From assembly GCA_002269645.1 (NCBI GenBank), contig NIVC01001442.1:122323-186322 (forward strand): a DNA stretch of 64,000 nucleotides. The letters are read 5' to 3'. The notes beneath the pieces were generated by a model. The model was not told the DNA's origin, made no database searches, and saw only the letters and a program-made list of their open reading frames with translations. A program made the translations under genes and the position numbers. This DNA is from Macrostomum lignano (lineage: Eukaryota). This document shows, in pieces, positions 24,218-38,564 of this stretch (positions are counted from its first letter, which is position 1; each line of letters begins with the position of its first letter).

Positions 24218-25705
24218 TCAATGTTGCTTCTTTGAGGACGCGACGTGCCCGTTGATGGCGTGTCCGTTCGCCTGCCCGTTCGGTCGCTGCAATGCCAACA
24301 GATGGGCGATTCGTTTTCGAAACGATCGAACTCAGAAAAAGTACAAATTGTGAATAAGATTTTCTCTGGACACTCACTTTGCCGACGGCTTCCCGCTTGT
24401 TCAAATTGCTTCTGGTGACGTACTCTTTGTGATAGAAGTTGGCGAACAGTGCAATCATGGAGAGACCATACACCATGCCGGAGTACTCCATCCAGATGGG
24501 GACGGCGCCGCAGCCAGTTAGCAGAGAATGAGTGCCGACCAGCATCCCGATGAAGAATTGAATCTGCGGACAGTTTCATTAGCCAAGTATGATTGTTTTA
24601 AATCTACACACGTGGGGAGTTTCACTGGACGCATTTAGAGTGGTGCATGGATTCCTGGGATTAGGGCTTTTGTGCATTGAGTATTGCGTGCATTGGATAG
24701 CTGCATAAGACTCTCCCTCACCAGTTGCAGCCGGGTCAGGTACCGCTTCCACCACAGGAACTTCTGCACAGCCTCTCCAAGGGAGCTCAGCCCATAGTAG
24801 GTGTACATGAGCACGTGAATGAAGGAGTTGATCATGGCGCCGAGGAAAGACTGACCGCCGGCCACCCACTTCACGCCGATCCACCAGATCGGGAACATGG
24901 TGGCGTGGTGGTAGAGATGCAGGAAGCTGATCTGCGTGTTTTTCTTTCTCAGCACAAAGAACATTGTGTCCATAAACTCGATACACTTGGAGAAGTAGTA
25001 CCACCACAAGACCTTGGCGATGCGAACCTCGTAGGGATTGTCCGAGTAGTCGATGTGCTGGCACAGGTAGTTGTAGTTGCGTTTCCAAGAGCAGTACAGT
25101 AGCTGAAATTATTGCCGCGTGCTTAATTTAACTTTTTCAGGCCATAGAATAAAAAAAGGTTGCAATTTTGTCTACCACTCTACTGAGTAGTAGACTGCAG
25201 GCTAAAGTCTGTCAAGAAAGAATATATTTTGAACAAAAAATATCCGTAGATATCTCAGTTATCTTTAGTTACCTCGGAGAATATGTGAAAGTTGAGCACC
25301 ACAAGGCAGATATTGTAGGCGAACAGGGGCCAGCGTAGGCGGAAGGGCTGGCGGCTGGCCATGAGGCGCTGGCCGACCTTCACCGCGATCAGGTAGCCGA
25401 ACATCAGGGCCCAGGTGGGCCAGTAGGATTTCATTAGCGGCCAGTCTGCCACGCGCTTGTCTGCGGAGTGAAAAAATAATAACAGCATATTGTGAATATT
25501 GTGATTTTCGTGCTGAAAATCAAAGTTATCAGAAGGCAATGCGATAATAACATCCGAATCGGAGGTCGTACGAGTGTTGCAACAGTTCCTATAGCAACCA
25601 TTACAGGTAGGAACTCTAATTGAAATTCTAATTCCAATGGTTTCACTCACCGGCTTTTCTCAGCCAGAATTGGTAGCTATCGTAGAAGTGAGCGGCCTGG
25701 TCCAT
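24218..25705 (-). CDS. ELOVL4: ELOVL4-like fatty acid elongase, 292 aa; exons 25651-25705, 25273-25460, 24722-25102, 24378-24563, 24218-24286
   Basis: All junctions are GT-AG and in phase (879 bp total). Motifs D.RV..WPLM, WWYYFSK..EF.DT.FFVLRKK, histidine box LHLYHH, NSFIHV.MY.YY, KRYLT.LQL.QF and C-terminal KKQH (KKxx ER retrieval). Paralog assignment among ELOVLs is by resemblance. Confidence 0.92.
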
Positions 25706-26808
25706 TATGAGATCCATAACTGATATTTATAATTCTAAACTAATCTACAGAAGAGGGAATTGAGATCGCGGAGTTCGATTGGAACCGAAGACTCAGAAGG
25801 AGCAGCAGATTACAGGGCTATGAAACAAAGCGGTACCGGGATTAGACAGAGATGTTAACGGGATTTGTCCGCACCGGAGGACGGCTGGGATACTATAGCA
25901 ACTGACGGAGGATTTCATGAAGACATCAAAGCCAAGGTATGCCTATAAAGGCTGTGCTCACTAAGCCCTACTCACAAATGCAGGCAGGCTGGGGGGAAGG
26001 GGATAGATGAGTCTGTTGAGCACAATGGTGGGAGAGAAGCAGAGCATTCTTGTGCAGAGTTTGGGACAGCCGGGGAGTGGCAGCAATGCAGAGAGAGCGG
26101 GTTGCCTGCCAGAACACAAGCTCTCAGCAGCCCCAACCTCAAACACCCATTCTCCCACGAGAAGCCGTCCATAGCGTACACTAATTCAGAAGTTTCTCTA
26201 CCCACTCCGTTCTTCTGTCAACCCCCTGCCGGCGCGGTAACCATGGAAACCAAATCTGAAAGTTTCAGAGACCCTTGGGCAGGCGGGCTGAGAAGCTCCC
26301 GAGAAACAATAGTCGCATAGCTGAGTCTCTATAGGCTCTGCTCTCTTTGCGATCTACAAAGCGAATAAGGTGAATGGAAATTCATTCCGTCAAGACAAGA
26401 GTGCAGATCCTCACAGTTACCATGGCAACTGTACGAGTTGCAACAGATTATAAATCTCTACAATATAATTTATTAAACAAAGTTTGAAAGGTTATTTATT
26501 GTTCAGGATTGTCATTAACAAGCATTTAACCACCTATTTTGTAGGAATGATATAGTCCTTGGACTGAACAGCCGTACGCAGCCTTCAAATGCGCCGCGCA
26601 AAAACCATAGGGTAGGTGTAATAAATTATTATCATTGTTATTATATTAGCACGTAGAATAAGAACCGAAAGCAGCAGAAAATTTGGTTGATTTCACAAAC
26701 ATCAAACTCGAAACGTATTCATTCACTGTCCTCTCTCTGTCCATCAGACTGATTTTAGCGTATGGTTCTCTCTGGGCCATGACTTCCAGCTGTGGCCCAA
26801 AGAAAATA

Positions 26809-27380
26809 CGAGGGTCATCCCAAAAGTTCTCTGTATCACTGAATTACTCCTACGAACTGGCACCAATTTTGAAGAAACTGCACACAAACTTGCACCAATA
26901 TCTGCACACAACATTGATGAATTTTCATAAAAAAATCTCCATGCAATTAGAAATAACAAGCTGAGTTGTCCAACACCTTCAGAGCAAATGGACAGCTCTC
27001 ACATTGACTTCTTTAACTGGCACAGTGCAGCTCGTGCAGCATCACCGACTGAATAGGCAAGTGTCACAAGCAGAAAAGTGAATGAACTTGACAAGAATTC
27101 CATCATTTATTCTTGAATGACTGGCTGACTCACATGACTGGTCGGTGATGCTGCACGAGCTGCACTGTGCCAGTTAAAGAAGTCAATGTGAGAGCTGTCC
27201 ATTTGCTCTGAAGGTGTTGGACAACTCAGCTTGTTATTTCTAATTGCATGGAGATTTTTTATGAAAATTCATCAATGTTGTGTGCAGATATTGGTGCAAG
27301 TTTGTGTGCAGTTTCTTCAAAATTGGTGCCAGTTCGTAGGAGTAATTCAGTGATACAGAGAACTTTTGGGATGACCCTCG
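26809..27380. mobile_element. 572-bp Tc1/mariner-type foldback MITE
   Basis: TA-CGAGGGTCA...TGACCCTCG-TA. Arms 26809-27049 and 27141-27380 look identical by eye except for one A-run; 91-bp spacer; TA TSD. Confidence 0.9.
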
Positions 27381-27534
27381 TAGTCTATGGCCATAGATTG
27401 CCCCCCTCTCGCGAGCTGTACTCCCGGTTCTGTGTGCTACCGCCTTACGAGACTCTCCCGTGAAGCCTCTCCATCCGGCCCTCGGGCCTTTGAGAAGAGA
27501 CAAACCTTGAGCGGGCCGGATTGCTATTGTAGTC

Positions 27535-27745
27535 TCTTCTCAGTTCCCTTCTCTCTAATCTCCTCTCATTTCTCTCCTCTACTTTATCCTCTCCCTTCGA
27601 TCCTCTCACCTTCTCTTCTCTTCTCTCCTCTCTTCTCCTATTTCATCTCTCCTTTCCTTTCGTCTACTCTCGTTTAACCTCGCCTTGCCTCTCCATTCTC
27701 CCATCTGTCATCTCATCTTGTTTCTCTCTCCTCTCTCTCCTCATG
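27535..27745. repeat. CT-rich low-complexity tract
   Basis: Pyrimidine run. Confidence 0.8.
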
Positions 27746-28403
27746 CGCTAGGTTGTCTATCTGGCCTCGGGGTAAAAAAGTTTGCCAACCTCTGCCATAG
27801 CGTGATAGGGAAAGACTAGTCAATGCACCTCGACTGCAGATAAATATACCAATAACTGCGCTATACGGACACCAGTTGCGCAAGAAGTATTTTAAAAAAA
27901 TAAACAAATAAGTCAAACAAATAACTAAAATGCTTGCTGTCATAAAAAATTTGCAGCTATGCTAAGAAATCGAATATCCGAGAACGCAGTTTATTAAAAT
28001 ACAATTTTCTGCAGCTGAGCAGACAAAGGCTCACAAATGCCTGAACACATTGGTTAGCAACCAAAAAATCATCCACAACAAAAAAACAAGGCTGACAACA
28101 TATTGATGAACCGGATGAAGCAGCAATTAAAATAGGAGCTAACAAGCTAATAACTGCAGATATACTGCAGGACTTCTGGTCTGAAACCTCTAGGACGCTT
28201 TCGTAGAAACAGAAAGCCAAGCTGGTTTTTTGTTTCATAGCGTGTCTCATGGGTGCAGCTACCACCAGTTTTTTTTCGGTTTTACCTGTTTCTTCAAACT
28301 GGATGCAAATTTTCATTCAAGTTCCATAGTCTCTGCAATTCATATTTTATTCTGAGTAATTCCTTGGGGTTTTCAATCATTTGGATACAATGATACAATA
28401 TGA

Positions 28404-28797
28404 GAATAACTAGATGGGCCACTCAGCACATTTGCGTGTAAGCTACTATCAGTTCAGTAGTAAGTTAAACTGAAGCATTTTAATGTATTTTTAAAGTCAA
28501 GGTTCATTTATGGGCTCTTCCAGATTAAACCTTCCAACGACGCCTTTCCACACTACCCCCCCCCCGCCTCGCCCCGTTATTGCCTTCCACGGAATTCCAG
28601 CCTAAAGCTGCCATGTACATTTCAGTGGACTGGCTAATGTACATTATGGCTGAACCGATTAGCTTTGGCTTCTAAACTTATCAAAGTCATTTCAGCTGCC
28701 TTTTTATAAAAGCTTATGTATTCTTATTTGCTACTGAATTGAAAGTAGAAAGCTGTTTTACTAAGTACATATGCCTGAGTGGCCCATCTACTTATTC
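28404..28797. mobile_element. MITE-like element, copy 1 (TIR GAATAA(C/G)TAGATGGGCCACTCAG)
   Basis: Terminal IRs; a diverged inverted copy lies at 54556-54890. Confidence 0.7.
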
Positions 28798-28920
28798 AAG
28801 TATCTGTGGCCGCAGGTAACAAACGGTCACTTTAATATGCACGAACTGAAAAAGGCGCTGGACTGCTCTTAAAGTCAGAAAGACACTTTTCCGTCTGCGT
28901 GGACACTCCTCCAAGGGGGG

Positions 28921-31878
28921 TCAGCGGACCTCAGCCGTGACCAGGTGCAGCGGCCGGCCAGTCAGGCGGCACTGGCGCCGACTGTGCTTCAACTTGGAGA
29001 AGCCGGCCGCCTCCAGGGCAGCCAGGCTGTCCAGCAGATCCGGCCGGCCGAGCTCCGCGACCAACCGGCTGGTCAGCCAGCAGTCGGCCACCGCCACCAG
29101 CCGGCCGTCCGGAGCACCCGGTAGGCTTCTCTGCAGGCCCCGGCCAACTGAGCGCGGGGCAGCACGCCGAAGCAGTTCACCTGGAATTGGGGCGGGGCCG
29201 GTGGGGCGTTGGGGAACCATAGCTTGCAGGGTTAGGTTTAGCAAGCCCTGATGGACGGGGGGCAGCACCACCTTAGCAACTGGGGGCAGCAGCACCTTAG
29301 CAACTGGGGGCAGTGGCACCTTAGCAACTGAGGGCAGTAGCACCTGAACAACTGGGGTCAGTAGCACCTTAGCAACTGGGGTCAGCAGCACCTTAGCAAC
29401 TGGGGTCAGTAGCACCTTAGCAACTGAGGGCAGTAGCACCTGAAACAACTGGGGTCAGTAGCACCTTAGCAACTGGGGTCAGTAGCACCTTAGCAACTGG
29501 GGTCAGTAGCACCTTAGCAACTGAGGGCAGTAGCACCTGAACAACTGGGGTCAGTAGCACCTTAGCAACTGGGGTCAGTAGCACCTTAGCAACTGAGGGC
29601 AGTAGCACCTGAACAACTGGGGGGCAAAAGCACATAAAGAACCGGGGGGGGGCAAAAGCACATAAAGAACCGGGGGGGGGCAAAAGCACATAAAGAACCG
29701 GTGGGCAAAAGCACATAAAGAACCGGGGGGGTGCAAAAGCACATAAAGAACCGGGGGGCAAATGCACATAAAGAACCGGGGGGGGGGGCAAAAGCACATA
29801 AAGAACCGGTGGGCAAAAGCACATAAAGAACCGGGGGGCAAAAGCACATAAAGAACCGGGGGGCAAAAGCACATAAAGAACCGGGGGGCAAAAGCACATA
29901 AAGAACCGGGGGGCAAAAGCACATAAAGAACCGGGGGGGGGGGCAAAAGCACATAAAGAACCGGTGGGCAAAAGCACATAAAGAACCGGGGGGGGGCAAA
30001 AGAACATAAAGAACCGGTGGGCAAAAGCACATAAAGAACCGGGGGGGGGGCAAAAGCACATAAAGAACCGGTGGGCAAAAGCACATAAAGAACCGGTGGG
30101 CAAAAGCACATAAAGAACCGGTGGGCAAAAGCACATAAAAAACCGGGGGGCAAAAGCACATAAAGAACCGGGGGGCAAAAGCACATAAAGAACCGGGGGG
30201 CAAAAGCACATAAAGAACCGGGGGGCAAAAGCACATAAAGAACCGGGGGGCAAAAGCACATAAAGAACCGGGGGGCAAAAGCACATAAAGAACCGGGGGG
30301 GGGGGCAAAAGCACATAAAGAACCGGGGGGGGGAAAAAGCACATAAAGAACCGGTGGGCAAAAGCACATAAAGAACCGGGGGGGGCAAAAGCACATAAAG
30401 AACCGGTGGGCAAAAGCACATAAAGAACCGGTGGGCAAAAGCACATAAAGAACCGGTGGGCAAAAGCACATAAAGAACCGGGGGGGGGGGCAAAAGCACA
30501 TAAAGAACCGGTGGGCAAAAGCACATAAAAAACCGGGGGGCAAAAGCACATAAAAAACCGGGGGGCAAAAGCACATAAAGAACCGGTGGGCAAAAGCACA
30601 TAAAGAACCGGTGGGCAAAAGCACATAAAGAACCGGTGGGCAAAAGCACATAAAAAACCGGTGGGCAAAAGCACATAAAGAACCGGTGGGCAAAAGCACA
30701 TAAAGAACCGGTGGGCAAAAGCACATAAAGAACCGGTGGGCAAAAGCACATAAAAAACCGGGGGGCAAAAGCACATAAAGAACCGGTGGGCAAAAGCACA
30801 TAAAGAACCGGTGGGCAAAAGCACATAAAAAACCGGTGGGCAAAAGCACATAAAGAACCGGTGGGCAAAAGCACATAAAGAACCGGTGGGCAAAAGCACA
30901 TAAAGAACCGGGGGGGGCAAAAGCACATAAAGAACCGGTGGGCAAAAGCACATAAAAAACCGGGGGGCAAAAGCACATAAAGAACCGGTGGGCAAAAGCA
31001 CATAAAAAACCGGTGGGCAAAAGCACATAAAAAACCGGGGGGCAAAAGCACATAAAGAACCGGTGGGCAAAAGCACATAAAAAACCGGTGGGCAAAAGCA
31101 CATAAAAAACCGGGGGGCAAAAGCACATAAAGAACCGGTGGGCAAAAGCACATAAAAAACCGGTGGGCAAAAGCACATAAAGAACCGGGGGGGGGGGGCA
31201 AAAGCACATAAAGAACCGGTGGGCAAAAGCACATAAAAAACCGGGGGGCAAAAGCACATAAAGAACCGGTGGGCAAAAGCACATAAAAAACCGGGGGGCA
31301 AAAGCACCTGAAGAACGGGGGGCAATAGCAAATAGCACCTGAGGAACTAAAGATAGCAGCGCCTGAAAAAATCTATAAAGGGGTAGCAACACCTGAAGAC
31401 CCGGGGGAGCAGACACTGAAGAATCAGCAGCCTAAGCCAACCTAGGCTAAGCTACCTGAGCAACCAGGTTGCAGCTGCCGGTGGCCACAGGCAGCAGGTC
31501 GTCGGCCTGGCAGTGGAACAGCTTTGCATTGTCGGGCTCGCCGCCAAGCTGCGCCGTTGCCAGCTTCAAAGCCAAGCTGCTCGCGTCGACGCCCAGAAGG
31601 CGAAGCTCGCCAACTGGCCGAAGTCGTCGCAGCTCGGCCAGCGCGTGCCCGGCGCCAAAGCCAACCTCCAGGCAGGTCGCCGGCGAGGCGGGTGTTGCTG
31701 CTGGCAACAAATCAATGCAAGCCTCGGCGCACAGGCGGGAGGCGTGCTGCTGCTCATGGGAGGCGAGGCGAAATGCCAGGCGAGCGAGGTGGCCAGTGCG
31801 ATTGCCAGGACAGGCAAAATTGGCCAGCACCAGTTGGCGCAGTCGCCTGGGTAGTGGCAGCGATAGTGGACCGCGCAT
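28921..31878 (-). CDS. Class I SAM-dependent methyltransferase; exons 31456-31878 and 28921-29180 (exon 2 is 1 nt short as assembled)
   Basis: Motif I CLEVGFGAG, motif II LLGVDAS; after splicing VAQ|VNCF...EAYRVL(P)DGRLV (motif III-like). GTAG donor and CAG acceptor. One added base near 29111 restores the frame. Confidence 0.75.
29265..29615. repeat. 24-bp minisatellite (GCACCTTAGCAACTGGGGTCAGTA)
   Basis: Direct periodicity, in the methyltransferase intron. Confidence 0.93.
29620..31310. repeat. ~25-bp minisatellite (TAAAGAACCGGTGGGCAAAAGCACA) with variable G-runs
   Basis: Direct periodicity, in the methyltransferase intron. Confidence 0.95.
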
Positions 31879-33265
31879 TCTATTTTAGCTGAATATTCTC
31901 TAAATGCCTACTGATAAGTAGCGCGATCAGGCCTTAAGTAATTTCTGCAACATAAAAAAATATTTAGGAACAAATTTATTGCTGAATTTTGAATTTTAAT
32001 TAAATGTTGATTGATATTTTAATGATACAAAGAAAAAGCATTAAAAACAAAGTTATAAAATAACAGGATAAAGTAGCATATTGCCAATAGGTATATATTA
32101 GATATTTTGGAAAATCATTTATCTACATCTGCACAAAAATAATATATCATTTAATTATATATTAAGCTTTAACTTTACTAGATAATCCTTAGTTAAGATC
32201 TATATCATTCAAAAAATCTAAATATCTTTTTGTAGCTTAATACATATAGACCTAATACATAATTAAACTTAATTAGACCTAATACATATTAAACTTATTT
32301 AATTTTATCCAATGAAAAATATTATTTTGTTTTTTTTATATTACATTGAATAAAACTCAAGCTAGCATGCTAAATTCCACTAGTAATCTAGTGCCCCCTT
32401 TAGGATGCCCAATAAGCAAGGAGCAAAGTTTTGGTTTATCTTGGTTGAAGATTGTTGATCAACAAAAACTTTGATTTATCGCTACGTCTCAATGCTTCAA
32501 TAATTTGCTCTGAAACTTTTATTACTTCTTGACGCATGTCTCAGCTTTGCAATGACATCTTAGACACATTATTCCCTTTTGTATTTCCCGAGATATTTGC
32601 TTCCAAAATGTGTTTGTAAGGGGTGCCAATGAATTCGTCTTTTGACACACTTTGCATTCATCCCAATTTTTTTTTCTTTGGGACAAAAAATTTCTGCTTA
32701 CAAATTTTTAAAGCTAAATATGGCGTCAGAGTAAGGAATGTATCCCGAAACATGAATTCATTTTTTGTTTGAATTATCTGCCCAAAGAAAAAATATCTGT
32801 CGGGGTGAATATCTGTTGGGGAACCCACACATCTTGCTGTCATATATAATAGGCTAAAATTGATATTTACCTTCTGTTGTACATGGGAATCCTTTTGCAC
32901 TAGGCTTATGGGTTCAATTTAGGGCCTAATCTCAATAGTACAAATGAAAAAGGTAAATCTAAAGGAGGGTTTAGATCTAAAATGGAAAGATAGGCCTTTA
33001 TTCTATTGGTCCTTTGTTTTGCTTGGTCTCTCAAAATTTTCTTCACAAAATTAAATATCCTAACTAACGATTAAGCTAGGCCTATTAAAAATATTTCTTT
33101 TTTGTTTACTTTAGAGTTTTATAAAAATTTTATCATATTTACTAGGCCTACTTGATATTATTGAAAACTAAAAAAATATTTAGTCAAAACTCATTACAGT
33201 TTCACCTAAGTGATATATAGGACTATTCAAATATTTGATTTGATATTTAACAATATAGATCATTG

Positions 33266-33768
33266 CCATAGTGTAGATCATGTAGTGCACGCGAGAATTT
33301 TCCCGCGTGCATTTTCAAAAGTGGCGTGCACCGGCGTGCGATTAGGTAAGTGGCGTGCATTTGGCGTGCATAATGCACACTACATAAATACACTGGCGTG
33401 CCTGGCATGCGCCGCGTGCCGCGTGCCTGGCACCTGATGTGGCAAAGCTGCCAATGCAATGGTAAGCAGACATAAAATACGTATTATTGCATTTAACTTT
33501 TGAAAAAAAACTATTATAAATAAACAGTGTATAAGACTGTTAAATAAATTAATGTATGAGAAATACACGTTTTTAAAGATATATCATTTCTTTTGTACAT
33601 CGTTTGTTGCTTTGTTTTACACAATGCAATTTAAAATACGTTTTTTGTATTCAATTTGAATTTTAATTTATCGGCGTGCATCGGCGTGCATTCGCTTGTC
33701 GTCGGCGTGCTTTTGGGAATTAGCTTTGGGTCGTTTCTCGCGTGCACTTAGCATGATCCACACTATGG
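33266..33768. mobile_element. 503-bp non-autonomous DNA transposon with an 8-bp TSD (hAT- or P-like)
   Basis: TIR CCATAGTGT(A/G)GATCATG..AGTGCACGCGAGAA at both ends; TSD GATCATTG at 33258-33265 and 33769-33776; many subterminal GGCGTGCA motifs. Confidence 0.85.
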
Positions 33769-34395
33769 GATCATTGATGCATAGCAAATAGGTTTTATAA
33801 AATTAAGATAGCTAGCCCAGTACTATGCTGCCATGTCATGTATAAAATTTGTATTGCAAGGTATGAAGGTATGTCAAGTGTTGCCTTCTTAGTTTTTATC
33901 ATGTAAGATGTAAGCCTAGTATTTTATGCACCAGCCACATCATGTCATTTTCTTTGTATGACGTGAGTATTACACACACAAATGTAGCTACACTATAAAC
34001 TACACGGCACGTCTACACTGATTACACTACACCACGACCATACAGCATAGATGAATGAGGCCGAAGGAGATGGCATGGGGTGGCCGGGTGGGTGAGTGAG
34101 ACTGATCATGCAAAACACCAACAGTCAAGCTCGCAAGAGACGAAAAGCTGTGCTTACTAATTACTATATTCTCTCAATACGACAATACCACTACCAAGAA
34201 AGGAGAGGTTGAAGACTCGCAGATCATGTATCGAATCGTCGAATCGAATTAAACCTAGGCCTATTCGTCGCCGACGCCGACAAGATCTAAGATGATTGAC
34301 TACTGGATCTCTCGCGCGATTTCTGGTTGGGTTTTGAGGTGTTTAAAAACTTATCGAATAATGAACTAAGTAAATTAAAACAAATTGTAACAACC

Positions 34396-35666
<1,271 letters not shown>

Positions 35667-38547
35667 AAGGTGATTACAATCAAAAGGATGTGCAGGCAAA
35701 CAGCTAGAAACAGAACCGAAGGACTCGAAATATAGAATTTCATGGAAGCTAGCTGAGAGAAGCATTACTTTTTTGCTTTAAACCTGCTCAGCCATTTTTA
35801 GGCTGGTTCGACCCCTCGGAACTTCAAAAGACCCTACAGATGAATGATTTCAAGAGTTTTTAATGGTTCAAGTCTGTGTTTAGATTGTTTTATACGATAG
35901 CTAATTAAGTAGAATTTTTGGTACATTTGCTGTCATTACGAGACTTGTGAGTGTTGGCAATAATAGATTAATGCACATTTACATGTACAAGATGTGTGAT
36001 ATATTAATTGTATTGATGTACTGTGAAATAATGCCCCCATGGTACATGTGCATTGTTTGTCGAATGAGGCATGAGCATGTTATGTCTGTATGTATCTGAC
36101 TGTCTGCTGTGGTCATTGGACGTCAGATGAGCCAGATGTCTATATATTATCTTTCCTCCATGATATTAGCCATATAAGCTGCCATGGTAGAGATTTGCTA
36201 TACCCACGATATTGACGCAATGATGCATGCATATGTCTTTTTATCTATATACATCAAAGCACTCGATCGATGGGCTTTACAAACGTAAATGCCTATAATG
36301 TTGATGAATGCAAACGACCCATGCATCGCAGCTGTGTATATATTTTTCTGTCGAGGATCGGTATGACGGGATGAGTACATGCAAACCTCAATAAATTCAC
36401 GCATATTCTGACATACGCTCGTATATATATCAACATCCTTAACATGTGCGTGTCAATTCAGCAGTAATTTTTAGGGTTTGTTTTTATCATACATATATAC
36501 ATTTGGAATATGGAAATAAGGAAATGCAGCAGCTCAATCGTCTAAAGGGATTCTCAGGACTATAATCCCGAATGGTTCCTACATGTACAGTCCCTTGTAG
36601 AGTAGAGAATCGATCAGTGTAACATATAACTGGTATTCATATTCACATATGATGTATGGCCGTTATACGAGCAAATTTTGCTTGATAGAGCTAAATCCCC
36701 ATTCTCGGGTATGCATTCTCGATACCCGATTTCAGAAGTACAAGATTAGTTGCTAAGGCTTTGAGTGAGTTTTATCTTGTTAACTATTTCTTGGTAAAAG
36801 ACTCCGGATAAAATCAAGCTGATATTCGGTCTGAGAAACCATGAGACACGTCTATCCAGGTAATCCAGATCAGATCAGTTAGGTTTAGCTGATAACTTTT
36901 TAATGAACCGCTGTCCGTAGTTACTAACCTGAATTTAAGACCGTTCCGCGGACCAGTTAACCTTGGTTTACCTTTATACGTTATCACTAAATATCTTCAT
37001 GAAACAGACACGAAGTTTTTAAGTGATCCAATTTTTGTGTTTTCACGAGCAAAATTAAGTGATGCTTTTGATTAATTGTTTATGCTTGTCAGTTGACTGA
37101 TTCTGACACATAACAGCTTCACTAGAAATCTGATACCGCATCGTGCAAACCGACTTTGAAAGCAAATAAACAAAATTGACAATACGCTTGTATGGCTCCA
37201 CGATTTTTTGTGCTTGCTTGTCGTCTCTAATTTTGCAGTGATCATGTGATAACGGTACTACAGGTAGACACGTGGTGCAGGGACGGTGCGTTGTTTTATA
37301 CCATATCATCAATGCATGCGTATATTTACCTCGCAGTCGCTACCGACAACTTACCGAATCGTGTAAATAGTCGCATACGAGTCGGCACTTGCATGTGATC
37401 AATGCATACAGAGACCTGCAACTGCAGGTGCCAAAGCAGCACATACACAGCATGGCGCCACCCGAATCTAATCTTTCCCGCCGCTCCAAATTTTACATAC
37501 GCTAGTGTTCAGTTTAGGGGTCAATTTGATATGCAGCATGGTTAAATTACTACGCATGCAAGTATACATGTTGTAGATTATAATTTAAAATCTGTCGCAT
37601 TGCATTACAATTTACAGAATCAGCACACAAGACTAGACAGACCGAGACCACACAAAGCAGACAGATATCAAAACCAGAACAGACCAGAAAAAATTAAATG
37701 AAGAAACCGAAAAATGTGGCACAAATCACCACATTTCAAGATCTCTACAAACAGAAAAATTCTAGCGGAGCCAACCCAGAAAACTGTGGAGGATAAACGG
37801 ATCAATGCTTAGCAAAAGGCCACGAAGGTGTGGTCTACAGGCAAGGCCAGTAGGCAAAAGGAAGGAGGAATAACCTTTGAAAAATCTGCACCGCTGGGAA
37901 ATGGCATTCGATGGCCTGCAGCCCGTGCTGTGCGCTGTGGGGGGGTTATAGGGGCAACGGTGGAACAGACAGAATTTTTGGGTCAATACTTTGTGACCGC
38001 ATTCTGCTGCTTGTCGGATGCTGGAGCGAACGGGTAGGAGCCCTCCAAAAGCTTTGATCTCCAAGAAACATTCTTCCCTTGCCCGTCCCCAAGCGACGCA
38101 GATGCCAGACGTACGCTGAGCCATAAATCCCCACTTTCTGCTTTTGCTGTGCACTCTGATTTTAGAAGATGCGCCATCCAGACAGACCGATGGGCTGCTG
38201 GCAAGCAGCTGCTGCGTGTCTGTACGCGGAAGCTCTTCGAGACTGGCAAGGCCTGCAATCTGCGCGGCTGCGCCGGCCCTTCTGCAACCCCATGACTTCC
38301 CCATACCGGCTTGCGCACAGGGGAGGCCTTGGCTTCGCCTATTTCAACTTCATCCACTCCGGATCCACGGATCCTCTTTTGCTGCCCTAATCTTCCTCCA
38401 GAACCGCGCTTCAGCAGCTTTTCCTCTCATTAGCTAGTTAGACATCAATCTCAGTCTTTTTTGTAGAGTTCCTATAGGGACAAAGCTCTGCTTTCTTGGG
38501 TAAACCCAGTGTTGACTCAATTGGTTGCAAAAAAACTATTTAAAACG

Positions 38548-38564
38548 ATGGATCCGGTAACGAT
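38548..38564 (+). CDS. Candidate first coding mini-exon of the arginine kinase gene (MDPVT-I)
   Basis: AAACGATGG start context; GTAAGT donor at 38565 in phase 2, which matches the 40076 acceptor. Confidence 0.4.

Noticed and set aside
1462-31416. Long repetitive ORFs (INDSGVGWM, SLPTLFPC, CPRCPIVPG, FMCFCPP, and similar)
   Set aside because: All coincide with minisatellites and are open in several frames at once.
37762-38437. Overlapping ORFs upstream of the AK gene
   Set aside because: GC-richer but no recognisable domain in any frame; could be a decayed element, insufficient support.
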